From: Vitrella brassicaformis CCMP3155
Lineage: Eukaryota > Protista > Chromerida
Length of the DNA stretch: 64,000 nucleotides
NCBI GenBank assembly: GCA_001179505.1
Contig: CDMY01000385.1
Location: forward strand, 186,001-250,000
Direction of reading: 5' to 3'
The notes below the pieces were generated by a model. The model had not been told where the DNA came from. It saw nothing but the letters and a program-made list of their open reading frames with translations, and made no database searches. Position 1 is the stretch's first letter; the number at the start of each line of letters is the position of its first letter. Positions 47,279 to 58,061 of the stretch are shown here, one piece after another. Position numbers and translations under genes: made by a program.

Positions 47279-48744
47279 AGCCCGTATTCGTGTTGGCGAT
47301 GAGAGCAACAACATCATGCTTGGATCTGACCATCCCGACTTCTTCAGCTCTGGGGGAGGGTATAAATACACACCACACAAAAACGGCTGCAGACAGACGC
47401 TGTGTGACCTCATGGCTGTGTATGCGTGCGTTGTGTTGCCCCGCAGCAATGACATGATCAACTTGGGGCCTAACACGAACTTTGTCGCGACTGGCGGGGG
47501 CCATGACAAGATCGTCTTCTTCAAGAACACGTTGGAGCAAGAGCCTGCCGTTTCGGGGGGCAGTGTGAGCACACTCGTGTGGCACATGAGCCGGCCGGCC
47601 GTCATCCCTTCTCTCTCTCCGTGTGTGTGTGTGTGTGTGCAGGGCCTGGAGAACAGATTCCTCGATTTCGACGTCACTCGCGATAAGTTCGTATTCGAGT
47701 AAGCCATCACAATTCACGCATCAGAGACTCGTGCATGCGTCGGGTCGATCTCGAGATCTGTCTGTCTGTCTGTCTCTGTCTGCCCTGTGTCACGAAACAT
47801 GCAGCGCCAATGACTACGGCCTTCGGCACATCAGTTTCTGCAACACCAAATTCGGCAGTGGCTCTGGGCCCCAGAATGATGATCTCAGCCCAGAGGAGCC
47901 TATCGGCGATTGCAACGTTATCGTGGTCCAGAACAGCGATAATGACGACGACGAAGTAGGAGAGGGATACACAACAACCCGGTGTGCATTTCGCTGCCCT
48001 ACATCATTCTGTCTCAGACAACTGGCTTCGGTGCCGGCGCGGCTGCCAATCTCGGTAAGCCCAAAAGGCAGAAAACGCGCTGCGCTCACAGTAAATGAAC
48101 GCCTGTCTGCATGACCTGCCTCGTGTGTCTGCCAACAGTTGCCGACGCCATTCAGGCTGAAGGCGACAACACAGACAGCAGAGCGGGGCTCATCCTTTAC
48201 TTCAACAGCCGATTGGCGCTCAATCGCCTCTTCTGGAGCTCTGACATCACGAAGCGCACGACGGACGACCCCCGCCCCGAAATCATCATCCTCGGCAGAT
48301 TCACCGAGCGCGATGGCGTGGGCGATGAGGAGGAAGGGACCATCGATGGCCAGGACGCGGTCGATAATCTGCCCTTCTGGCAGAAGAGAAACTTTATGGT
48401 GCTTAAGGTGAGTAAAGGGAGACAAGGATACAAAGATACAGACAAGCAGCAAGGGCATGGCATGTGGCCGTCTCTGTGGTGTCCTTAAGGACAACGACTT
48501 CGAGGCCAACGCCCTCTCGGTCGCTAAGGGCGGCGATGCGGACGAGACCGCAATGGAGAAAGACGCCAAGAAATTCGGTGGGCAGTCGATTATTGATTGC
48601 ATTTCGCTTCGTACCGCCCCGCACTTTTCGCGTTTCGTGTTTGCTTGAAAAGGTGACTTCGGCGAGCTGTGCCTCTTGCCGCCCAAGAATGAGACCAACA
48701 AGCTGATGAGCAACACCAACGTGAGGGAGGGGGAGAAGAAGTGA
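45720..48744 (+). CDS. Secreted protein with two copies of a domain resembling the C-terminal region of cyanobacterial RTX/Ca-binding proteins
   Basis: Signal MKLLACVVVSLLPLCFC. Copy 1: FDKDDFGL..VTFC...PNVIVLL...FNAAFAAQL|IANN...KAGIFVYFN...NLNRGVYRADL. Copy 2: FEANDYGL..ISFC...CNVIVVQNSDNDDDE|TTGFGAGAAANL|VADAI...RAGLILYFNSRLALNRLFWSSDI. Linker NDMINLGPNTNFVATGGGHDKIVF is RTX-like. About 12 exons; 3' end uncertain. Confidence 0.7.
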
Positions 48745-49485
48745 GGGAGACGTCGGCCGCACGGCTGAATTTGGATGCGTGAACGACACGCACATGAGGC
48801 GATTTATAAGGACATACATACATACGTTCATACTAGTTGCATGAAGTGTCTTGTTGAGGTGCTGCTGAGGGCGGCTGGGAGCGGCTGGCGTGCGGTGCTT
48901 GTCGTCTGCTGCTTGTCATCTGCTGCCTCTTCCTTTCTCGTGTCTCGGTTTTCGGTGGCTGTCTTTTGATACACACCACGAGCACTCGTCTCGCTCGATT
49001 GGCGTGGGTCGTGTGTCGCCTCTCTTGACACACGTGCATACATGCATACATCCGATGTCTACACACGGGCTGGGGGAAGTGAGCTTTCTGTCCACCCTGG
49101 CGGGCGGACGTCTCGTCTGGTTGTCGGTGTTTTTCTGTCTCGCATGCGCGTGTGAGTGACTGCTCTTTGTCTGGTGTGCTTTCTCGGGAGTTGGCCTGCT
49201 GTCCCTCTGGCTTATTCGGCTGTGGACGCACTCGCTTGGTTGATGTTGGCCCTGCCTTGGCTCTCTCGGTTGCGTGGGTGCGCGTCTCTCTCTCTCTCTC
49301 TCTCTCTCTGCGTGTGTGTGTGTGTGTGTCTGTGCGTGTGTCTGTCTGTGTGTGTGTACATAGATGTCATCCATGAGTGTGTGGTGGGGCGGAAATTTAT
49401 GGTGTGGCGTGGATTGTATAGATACATACATACGGAAGTGGGGTGCGAATTAAGGGCTAAGCTTGTGCAGGGGGTTTTTCCTACC

Positions 49486-49515
49486 TAGTTGTGTCTCTTG
49501 TAGTTGTGTCTCTTG
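49486..49515. repeat. Perfect 15-bp tandem duplication
   Basis: tagttgtgtctcttg occurs twice. Confidence 0.9.
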
Positions 49516-49573
49516 TCGCCTTTGTCTTGCTGATTACCTAGGCCTTTATGTGCTCATCGCACCTATCGCACCT

Positions 49574-49777
49574 ATCAATCGCAGCCACCATCCATCCATC
49601 GCATTTAGCGGCGCCGCATGACATGAATGATTGCAATGGACACCCAGATAGGCCCGCCTGTCGGTTTTCCACACGATCAATCGCAGCCACCATCCATCCA
49701 TCGCATTTAGCGGCGCCGCATGACATGAATGATTGCAATGGACACCCAGATAGGCCCGCCTGTCGGTTTTCCACACG
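49574..49777. repeat. Perfect 102-bp tandem duplication
   Basis: Unit atcaatcgcagccacc...cggttttccacacg starts at 49574 and again at 49676; visible as 34-aa repeats in the ORF track. Confidence 0.92.
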
Positions 49778-49942
49778 TGTCCACTCGTGTGTGCGCTTTT
49801 AGTGCTCTAGTGCTCACTCATACGACGCGTGCACACGGCAAATGAGGTGGGCGCTGCTTCCTTCCGTCTTTCCTTGTTCCTCTCTTTCTCCTCGCTTCTC
49901 TCGCCTTGAGTGAGCCTGTCTGTCTGCGTACACACATACATC

Positions 49943-50002
49943 GCCACGTGCACTCTCCTCTGCTTGTTGCGGGCCACGTGCACTCTCCTCTGCTTGTTGC
50001 GG
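49943..50002. repeat. Perfect 30-bp tandem duplication containing CACGTGCAC
   Basis: gccacgtgcactctcctctgcttgttgcgg occurs twice. Confidence 0.9.
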
Positions 50003-50860
50003 GCACCCGTGTGTGCAGTCCAACAGACGAGGGGAGAGGTGCGCGTGGTGGGTGGCTGTCCTGTGTCTCTTGTTTTCTACGTCGGTCGGTGTGTGCATGC
50101 GTGTGTGTGTGTGTGTGTGTGGAGTGTCGGGGTGGGGGTGGGTGCCCGGCTGAAACGCCATGGCGGGGAGTGGGGAGGGACTGATCTGATCGCACTTACT
50201 CTCACTCTCACCTGCTGCACTCAGAGAGACGCATCTATCGCACCGAAATGTACAGACAGGAGAGAGGCGCTCAGCGGACATCAGAAGCGGTTGTCTGCAT
50301 CATTCTATGCGGGCCGTGCAAATCAATGACGAGGCGGGGCGAGTCGAACAAATGCTTTTCCGAATCCCGTTAGCTCGATGATGAATTGCTTTGTGGCTTT
50401 GTGCGTAGAGAGGGGGGGGAAGAGCGAAGAGCGGAGAGGTAGAGCGACTTAAGACTTGGACGAGCAGCGACAGAAGTGTGTTGATTGAAACGAAGTGGAG
50501 GCGCATCGATGTCAGTGTGCGTATGTATCGCTGAGACAACAAAGAGACACATGCGTCGTGTCCATCCACCACCTCACAGATGAACCAATCTAACGATGTC
50601 CGCCCGCCACATGAAAGCCTTCCTAAGCGCCCGGTGTGTGCGTGCGGTTTGAGGGGAGGTAGAGAGTATGGAAAATGCCTGAAGTTGACACAGGTGACGG
50701 GGTGTCCGTGAGCCCATTTGGAGAATGGTATGTGTGTTGTCAGGTTGACGAAGGAAGCGACCGTCAGATTCTTCCGTCAGATGGGCATTGACGCATCGGA
50801 AAAAGGCAGGCATCATTGTCTCATCGTCTCCATGCCACCCACCCACCCATCCATGCCATC

Positions 50861-50936
50861 ATGAGGCGTTCCCTGCAAACTCGCCCTCCCTACTCAAAAT
50901 GAGGCGTTCCCTGCAAACTCGCCCTCCCTACTCAAA
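50861..50936. repeat. Perfect 38-bp tandem duplication
   Basis: atgaggcgttccctgcaaactcgccctccctactcaaa occurs twice. Confidence 0.9.
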
Positions 50937-51477
50937 ACACACGCACACACGCACACGCACACGCACACGGGCACATTCACACGGAACACGCAAGCCACAC
51001 CACACCACACCAAGACATACTGGATGAACACATGTGTAGACTCCACTCCTCTCTCATTGACCAGCGGCCTGCCCGCCACCAAGCCAGCCACTATAAAAGC
51101 CATCCATCCAGGTAGGCAGGTCGAGGGAGGCAGCAAGGAGCAAGCAGCGCAGTACAGACAAAGCGTACCTAGGACACACAAGCGAGACAGGCGAGACATG
51201 CATCATGTGAAGGGATACAAAACGTAGGCAGACAGACAGACAGACAGGCAGGGAAGGAGGAGGAGCGGTCCATCGAGCTAGTCATCATGCACACATGGCG
51301 TTCATGCGACTGCTCGACTCGACTGACACACACATGAGTGTAATAAGCGGATACGCAGGCGAGCGCGTGTGAGCGAAAAAGGCTCAACACCCAGCATCCA
51401 TATAACCCAAGTGGCTTGGCTGGCCGGCTGGCCATCAATCAGCCGCAGCCGTCCAGCCAGCCAGCATCTCATCTCAT

Positions 51478-52996
51478 CTACCACATTCCATGGTCGAACT
51501 GCCCTTTGACGAGGTCCTTCATGGAATTGTCCGACCCCAAGTTTCTCTCCAGCTCCCCCATGTACAGCCCTGCCTGCCGACGAACACCTAAAGGACGGAG
51601 ATCACACACACACACACACACACACCGATGGACAGCTACAGGGGTGGGCGCATTCGTGTGATGTGTACCTGAGAGGCACGTCCCGCCGCCTGCGAGAGCA
51701 CAGCAAATGTCTCCCTCGCCGATGCACCGATCTGCGCCGCCAGCCTGCACACGAGCAGACACACAGATCAAAGGCACGTTCAGGATGCCATCCATCCAGC
51801 AATTCCTTCTTCCCTTTGTGTCGCTCCCTCCCTCCCTCCCTCTGAGTGCCTCCCTCTTATCTACCTGGAGCCTGCGGCTGTCTGTGTTATTGCGAGCCTT
51901 GAAGTCCACTTGCTCGTCCTTGTCGTCAATCAGGGCCACGCCCTCTGCACACATCCATCCACACACATGACGCCACACAGTTCTGTCAAGGGCTTGTGTG
52001 GTGGGTGCCGTGGGGTGCCCACATACATACCCTTGTCAGCCATGAGGGAGTAGCCGCCAGCAAGGTGGAGGGTGATGGACTCGCCGGGCACCTGCTGGAT
52101 CCAGTCGACGCGGAATATGGCCTCGTTGCCGTTGCTGAGCGTGTGCGTCAGCTGCACACACACGACAACGCACACGACACATACGAGCATCCGTCCAACA
52201 ACAACAACAGTGTGTCTCTCTGTGTCTGTGTGTCAGTCTTACCGTCTTGATGTCCTCAAAGTCCCGCACGCGCGTCTTGCCAGAGCCCACGTCGAGGAAG
52301 TTCGCACTGACAATGTTGGGATGAGTGCCTGACGGCCACACACACGTTCACCCACGCATCCTTGCTTGAACGAACCCTCTGTCTTTGTGTGTGTGTGTGT
52401 GTGAGTGTGGTCATTGCGGCTTACGAACGGAGATGTGTCCGTCAGCTGCCTCGAGCAGACCCGTGTTGCGGACGACTCTGATGTCCTTCATGATCTTGAG
52501 GGTGGCGATCATGAGAGCGAACAGGATGCCGAGAGTGAGGATCCAGATGATGGCCATGAAGCACATGCACCACCCAAGGCGCTTGTACCGCTTCTGAGAC
52601 AAAACCACCTGCAGGCCACCGACACACAGACACAGACAGAGAGGGGTGACGGGCGTGCAGACAGACGTGTCTGTCTTTGTGCCGGCACGTGACTGACTGA
52701 CCTGCTTGGCCGCCTCGATGACTTCGTCAATCTCAAACTTGCCGTCGCCGTCCTTGTCCATATCCTGCACCGCACCCAGCCGCCAAGGGTCACAGACACA
52801 CACACCCGCCATGCGCCGCTGCCTGCAGTGCATGTGTCTCGGTCTTTGTCTCCCTTCACTCACTCACCTTGAGGACCTTGAGGATGTCCTTTTGCAGCCT
52901 GCCTTCAGTGCCCGACGAGGCGATGGCATCGCTGAACTCCCTCGTGTGGCGGGTGCTGATGCTGTGGCTGTTGCTGTCACTCACGTCAGCCTTCAT
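51478..52996 (-). CDS. EF-hand single-pass membrane protein with a luminal/extracellular domain and a Cys-rich C-terminal peptide
   Basis: MKADVSDS...ILKVLK|DMDKDGDGKFEIDEVIEAAKQ (canonical EF loop DxDxDGxxxxxE)|VVLSQKRYKRLGWCMCFMAIIWILTLGILFALMIATLKIMKD (TM)...|...NNTDSRRLQ|AGGADRCIGEGDICCALAGGGTCLS|GVRRQ...HGMW*. Confidence 0.8.
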
Positions 52997-53193
52997 CCTC
53001 TCTGGCGCTAAATATGTAGATCCGGCGAAGATTAAAAGAGAGTGCGGCGACGGTGACTGGTTCCTTGGGATTCTTCCAGCGCGGAGGAGTCTCGCGTTGG
53101 CAAATACGCAGCGCGCTCTAACTCCTCTTGCGAGCTTAGAAGTGCCATATCTTCATCCTTCGTGCTGATCTTGGCCCATCCGCCACACCAGCA
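52997..53193. promoter_or_regulatory. Putative bidirectional promoter (EF-hand gene / PRPF4)
   Basis: 197 bp between divergent ATGs at 52996 (-) and 53194 (+). Confidence 0.45.
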
Positions 53194-56119
53194 ATGGCAG
53201 ATTCGGGCGACAAGAGTCACATCTACTACGGCGCCATCCAGTTGGAGGGCCTGCAGGACCGAGGCAAGGCAGACAAAGACCAAGACATCGACAAGGATGA
53301 GGGTGAGGACATCCTCATGGAGGATGCAGCAGCGGGTGCTGCAGCAGGTGGTGGTGAGGAGGGTGAGCATGAGATGGAGTTGTCTGAGGCGGCGCAGGAG
53401 TCCATCGCTAAGCACCAGAGGACCATGCAGGCATTCAGCCAGCAGCAGAGGGCTAAAGCTATCGCGGTCAGTCAGAGGGACAGAGAGGGGAGGAAGGCAA
53501 CACCATACCATGCTGGCGATGTGTGATGGAATTGGTGTGCGTCTGATGTGTTTGTTGTGTGCAGGCTCCCACTCAGGACATGGATGTGCGCAAGATGCTG
53601 CGACAGCTGGGCGAACCCATCACACTCTTCGGAGAGGGGGTAAGCTGAGCAACACGACACGACACGACACAACGCCCATTCTCATGCTCATGCTCTCTCT
53701 CACTGCGTCCATCTGTCAGCCTGGCGAGCGTCGTCAGCGGCTCAAGGAGCTCCTGGCCAAGATGGAGGAGGAGGACCCCGACGCCCTCACCGCCCTCCTC
53801 GGCCAACACCTGGCCCCCCCGCCTCCCGCATCCGCACTCCCTGCCGCAGGCGGGCAATCCATTTCCAAGCCGCCCAGCGCCCTGGTCCCAGGTGCTGCTG
53901 CCAGGGAGCCGGTGGTGCCGACGAGCATTGAGGAGCAGACGAGTGTCTTTTACACGGAGGGCAGCGATGCGCTCAAGCAGGCGAGGATCAAGATCGCCCA
54001 GTACTCTGTGCCTGCGTAAGGACAGACAGGGACACAGAGAGCGGGAGAGGGAGAATGGATGTGGGGGGCGGGGTTTGTGTGTGTGTGTGTGTGTGTGTGT
54101 GCAGAGCTGCGAGTCGGTTGAGGCGTGAGCGCCTGTTGCGGTCGAAGCTGGATCCTCTTGAGTATGAGGAGTCGCTCAGGGACTACCAGACTCACCTTCA
54201 GGTGGGTGGGCCCACAACACAGCACAAGAAGCGCCAAGATGGGTCGGGTCGCATGTCCGTCCGGACATCTGCGTTGTTTGCCTCATGTATGTTTGTGTCG
54301 TGTGTCAGAGTTTCAGCGTGAGCGTGAGTCAGGTGGGCGACGACCGGCCACTCACAGGCGGATCCTTCGCACCCAACGACGAATACCTAGCTACATGTAC
54401 ACGACACACACATCCAACACACATCACCTCAATTCACACAGCCATTCCCTCTCTCCTTCTCTGTGTGTGTGTGTGTCCCATCCGTCCATGCAGGCAGCTG
54501 GGCAGGGTTGGTGAAGCTATGGCGGCTGCCGTCGTGCGATGCGGCGTGGACCTTCAGGTGCCACACAGACAGGCTGCACGGGGTTGCGTGGCATCCTGCA
54601 TACAAGGGGGGGACTGAGGGAGGCAGGGCGCCGGCAAACATCCACATCGCATCAGGTCATCAGAACAAATGGATGGATGGATGGATGGATGGATTGTTGC
54701 TCCGTGTGTGTGTGTGTGCAGGTGGTGCTGACATGAAGGTGATGTTGTGGAGGGTGCCTGAGGACGGCCACGAGCCAGGCACAGTCGCAGAACCGGCACA
54801 CACTCTGGAAGGTTGGTGGGTGACACACAACATACACACGACACTGCAACCAGCAGCACCCATGTATGTGTGTGTGTCGGTTGGTTCAGGTCACGAGGAC
54901 CGCATCAATCGCGTGGCGTTTCACCCCAGTGGATTGTATGTGGGCAGCACGAGCCACGACCTCACATGGCGGCTGTGGGACATACACACACGGCAGGAGC
55001 TCCTACTGCAGGAGGGACACGCACGGTCAGTCAGTCAGCACCACACCGACACAGACAGGCAGACAGACGAGAGAGCCGCCTTCCATGTGTCTGTCGTGTG
55101 TCACGTGTGTGATCAGCGGTGTGTATCCGATATGTTTTCACCCCGACGGTTCTCTGGCGGTGACGGGCGACCTCGGGGGCGCCATTTGGGTGTGGGACAT
55201 GCGCACCGGCAAGACCGTCCTCCCACTCAAGGTATGTATCATCACCCACAGAGAGAGAGAGAGAGATCCACGTGTCTGTCTGCCTGCCTGCAATCCGCGT
55301 GTGTGTGTAAATGCATCAATCAGGGTCACGTCAAGCAGGTCCTCAGCATTGACTTCAACCCAAGAGGTGAGTGATTACATCACTCACACCCAGCCACACA
55401 CCATGTCAACCAACATTGGGACGCTGTCGTGTTGTGTCGTGTTGTGTTGTGTTGGCTGCGATGCGTCAGGTTGTTTCGAGCTGGCCACCGCGTCGGATGA
55501 CCACACTGTGCGGATATGGGACCTCAGGAAACGCAAGTAAGTACCACAGGCCCTAGTGGATGGATGGCATCTCCGGTCTGTCTCGTTCTCTTTCATGGCA
55601 TCGTCTCTATGTCTGTCTGTCTGTCTGTCTGTCTGTCTGCAGGAGTGTGCACACCCTCCTGGCCCACACCAAGCTCGTGTCAGACTGCAAATACGAGGTA
55701 CGTCGCACACAGACAGGACACGCAGCGACCAACGGCACACACACCCGGCGGACACACACCCAATGTCTTATCTCTGTGTGTGCGATGTGATGTGTGTGAG
55801 CAGCCGCGTCGCGGTCGTTTCCTGCTGACGTCATCGTACGACTGCTTCGCCAAGCTGTGGCACCCTACGGACTGGAAGTGCAGCAAGACACTCGCCGGAC
55901 ACGAGGCACGCATCATGGCCGCGGACATCTCCAACAGTGAGTGCAGCACGTACACAGACACAGGCCACGTGTGCACACGAGACCGACCTGTGGGTGTGGT
56001 GTGTTGGGATGTCTGCAGGTGGGTCGATGATAGCGACGGTGTCGTTTGACCGGACGTGGAAGCTGTGGACGACGGCAGGCGAGTGGACTGGCATGGACAT
56101 TGAACACCTCGTCGACTGA
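53194..56119 (+). CDS. PRPF4: U4/U6 snRNP protein Prp4 (PRP4-like domain plus WD40 repeats)
   Basis: APTQDMDVRKMLRQLGEPITLFGEG|PGERRQRLKELL; FYTEGSDALKQARIKIAQYS; SQVGDDRPLTGGSF; GSWAGLVKLW; GHEDRINRVAFHPSGLYVGSTSHDLTWRLWD; ELLLQEGH; FHPDGSLAVTGDLGG; GHVKQVLSIDFNP; ATASDDHTVRIWDLRK; LTSSYDCFAKLW; GHEARIM; TVSFDRTWKLW. Confidence 0.96.
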
Positions 56120-56646
56120 ATGAATGAGTGAATGATGAATGAATGGACCGACCATGGACAGATGCATGTGCCCATGACCGATGCGCAGAGATGAGACACG
56201 TGCGCGTGTGTGTCTCCAGGAGAGGATGATGTATGTATAGCTGCCCCTCTCTCAATGGGTCTGCACTTCATTGCGACCGGCTTGCATTGAAGTGGATGGA
56301 TACAAGCGAAAATAAACCCTCATGATTCACCCTTGGCCTCATGATTCACCACGTCGCCTGCATCGTTTCCTCCGGGCTGATCGCGAGCTTTTCCCGGAAA
56401 GCCTCCTGCTCCTCCTACTGCATGGCGATAACTGACGTGTGCGTGGGCTTTCGTGTGGGATGGGTCGACAACGAACAAACCCATGGTTCATTCATTCACG
56501 CAATGGTCGGTCATCAAAGTGCCCCTTTTGCTCATGCACGTGTCACGCAACACATGCATGAACGTCACCCACCCATCCAGTCGCATCCGACGACGCATCA
56601 ACACCCACACACCAGACACGTGTCGCACCTGGCTGGCTGTGTCAGT

Positions 56647-57193
56647 CTACGCCTCCTCCGCCTCTATCTCGTCAAGGTTGAAGTCCTTGCCGGTGATGCG
56701 CTTCAGGGGACCACGACTGCTCAGCCTACACACCGCACACCACACCATCACACACATCCATCCATCTCTCGGTAGGTGTCTTGGGCTCTTTCTCTGTGTG
56801 TGGGGTGTGGTGGGCGCAATGTACCATCTGGCGTTGACACCGTCTGAGAGGATGCGTCCCTGGAGCTGCCACTTCCTGTACTCGTCCTTGGTGTACTTGG
56901 TGAAGCCCCACTTGTCGCTCACAAACACCTTCTGCCGGCCGGGGAACTTGTACTTGGCGCGACGCAACGCCTCCACCGCCGCTGCGATCTTGTCCTCCTG
57001 AGCCACATCAAATCAGATACATGGTCGCCACACGGTGGGCGATGGGCTGGCTGTTGTGCTGCTCTGTGTGTTTCGGCATATGTGCATACCCTGGTCCTGA
57101 TGGACATGAGGATTTGTCCGATGTCCACGCGAGCCACCACGCCATTGGGCTTGCCATACGCACCACGCATACCCGTCTGAAGCCTGCCACCCA

Positions 57194-57226
<33 letters not shown>

Positions 57227-57711
57227 CACAGAGAGAGAGAGTGGGACTCAGGATCCGTCCGCTGTCGACTGACTCTGCGTACCTATCGGCTCCAGCGCAC
57301 GAAAGCATCTTGTTGATGCGGATGACGTGGAAGGGGTGCACGCGGATCCTCAGGTGGAAGAAATCCTTGCCGCAGTTCTTGATCATGTACTGGGTGGGAA
57401 CAAACAAACACACCAACCACGCAACACACGTCAGATCTGACCTCCCTCCCTCCCTCCCTCCCTCGCCCCTCGTCCCCCGCCCCGCCCACCTTGTTGGCGG
57501 CGATTCGTGCAGCCTCGAGTGCCTCGCTGGAGATCTGTTCGTACTCGTCGGACACGAGGTGCACGACGCCGGGGAACTCGTCGACGTCGGCCTTCTTGCG
57601 ACCCACATCGTAGATGCGGATCTTGGGGTCCGGCACACCGCGACAGAAACGCGACTTGGGGTACGGCTTGTTCTTACAGTACCGGTAGCAACGAGCCGGA
57701 CGACGTCCCAT
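56647..57711 (-). CDS. RPL10: 60S ribosomal protein L10 (uL16/QM), 5 coding exons
   Basis: [37 protein letters not shown]...[17 protein letters not shown]|[36 protein letters not shown]|[12 protein letters not shown]...|...[15 protein letters not shown]...KWGFT. Confidence 0.99.
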
Positions 57712-58061
57712 CCTGCTGCACGCCACACCACACGGGGAGGGAGCTGAACAGACGAACCAAAAGAAGATCCGACACACGGCAGCGGAGATTTGGCAACAGT
57801 GAGCCTGCAAACGTCCTTCGCTCCTTTCGTACCTGGACAAGAGGCGCTCCTTCGGTTGCGAGCTCAAGATCCTGTGGCTTAGCTCGCAAAAGTGGAAGCA
57901 GCGAAGTGGAGGCGCCCTGATTGAAGATCAGAACTCACTGGTCTGCAAACGAAGCAAAGGATCCGAATCGAACGGCTCTGCATCACCTAAGACAGACACG
58001 GCAGCTGCAGAGTGCTGGATTTAAGATCTGCCGCTTTGATTGATCCCGTCAGCCAGCCGGC
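57712..58061. promoter_or_regulatory. Putative bidirectional promoter and 5' UTRs (RPL10 / ClpP)
   Basis: 350 bp between divergent ATGs; includes a probable RPL10 5'-UTR intron (acceptor cag directly before gATG). Confidence 0.4.

Noticed and set aside
29478-48744. Bacterial contamination or chimeric scaffold as the explanation for the bacterial-type enzymes
   Set aside because: Each gene has GT-AG introns with the same microsatellite style as RPL10 and PRPF4, some splitting catalytic motifs. The genes also have eukaryotic-type signal peptides and are contiguous with host genes.
50376-50390. C/D snoRNA C-box-like ATGATGA (also on the minus strand near 17635)
   Set aside because: No appropriately spaced CTGA D box or terminal stem was found.
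50326-50830. Possible tiny spliced gene (fragments such as MNQSNDVRPPHESLPKRP and LTKEATVRFFRQMGIDASEK)
   Set aside because: I could not build a consistent exon chain; it would need implausibly short introns, and no motif was recognised.
49486-50936. Direct repeats considered as a CRISPR array or LTR/TSD remnants
   Set aside because: Only two adjacent copies each, no spacers, no cas or transposase/RT genes, and a eukaryotic context.
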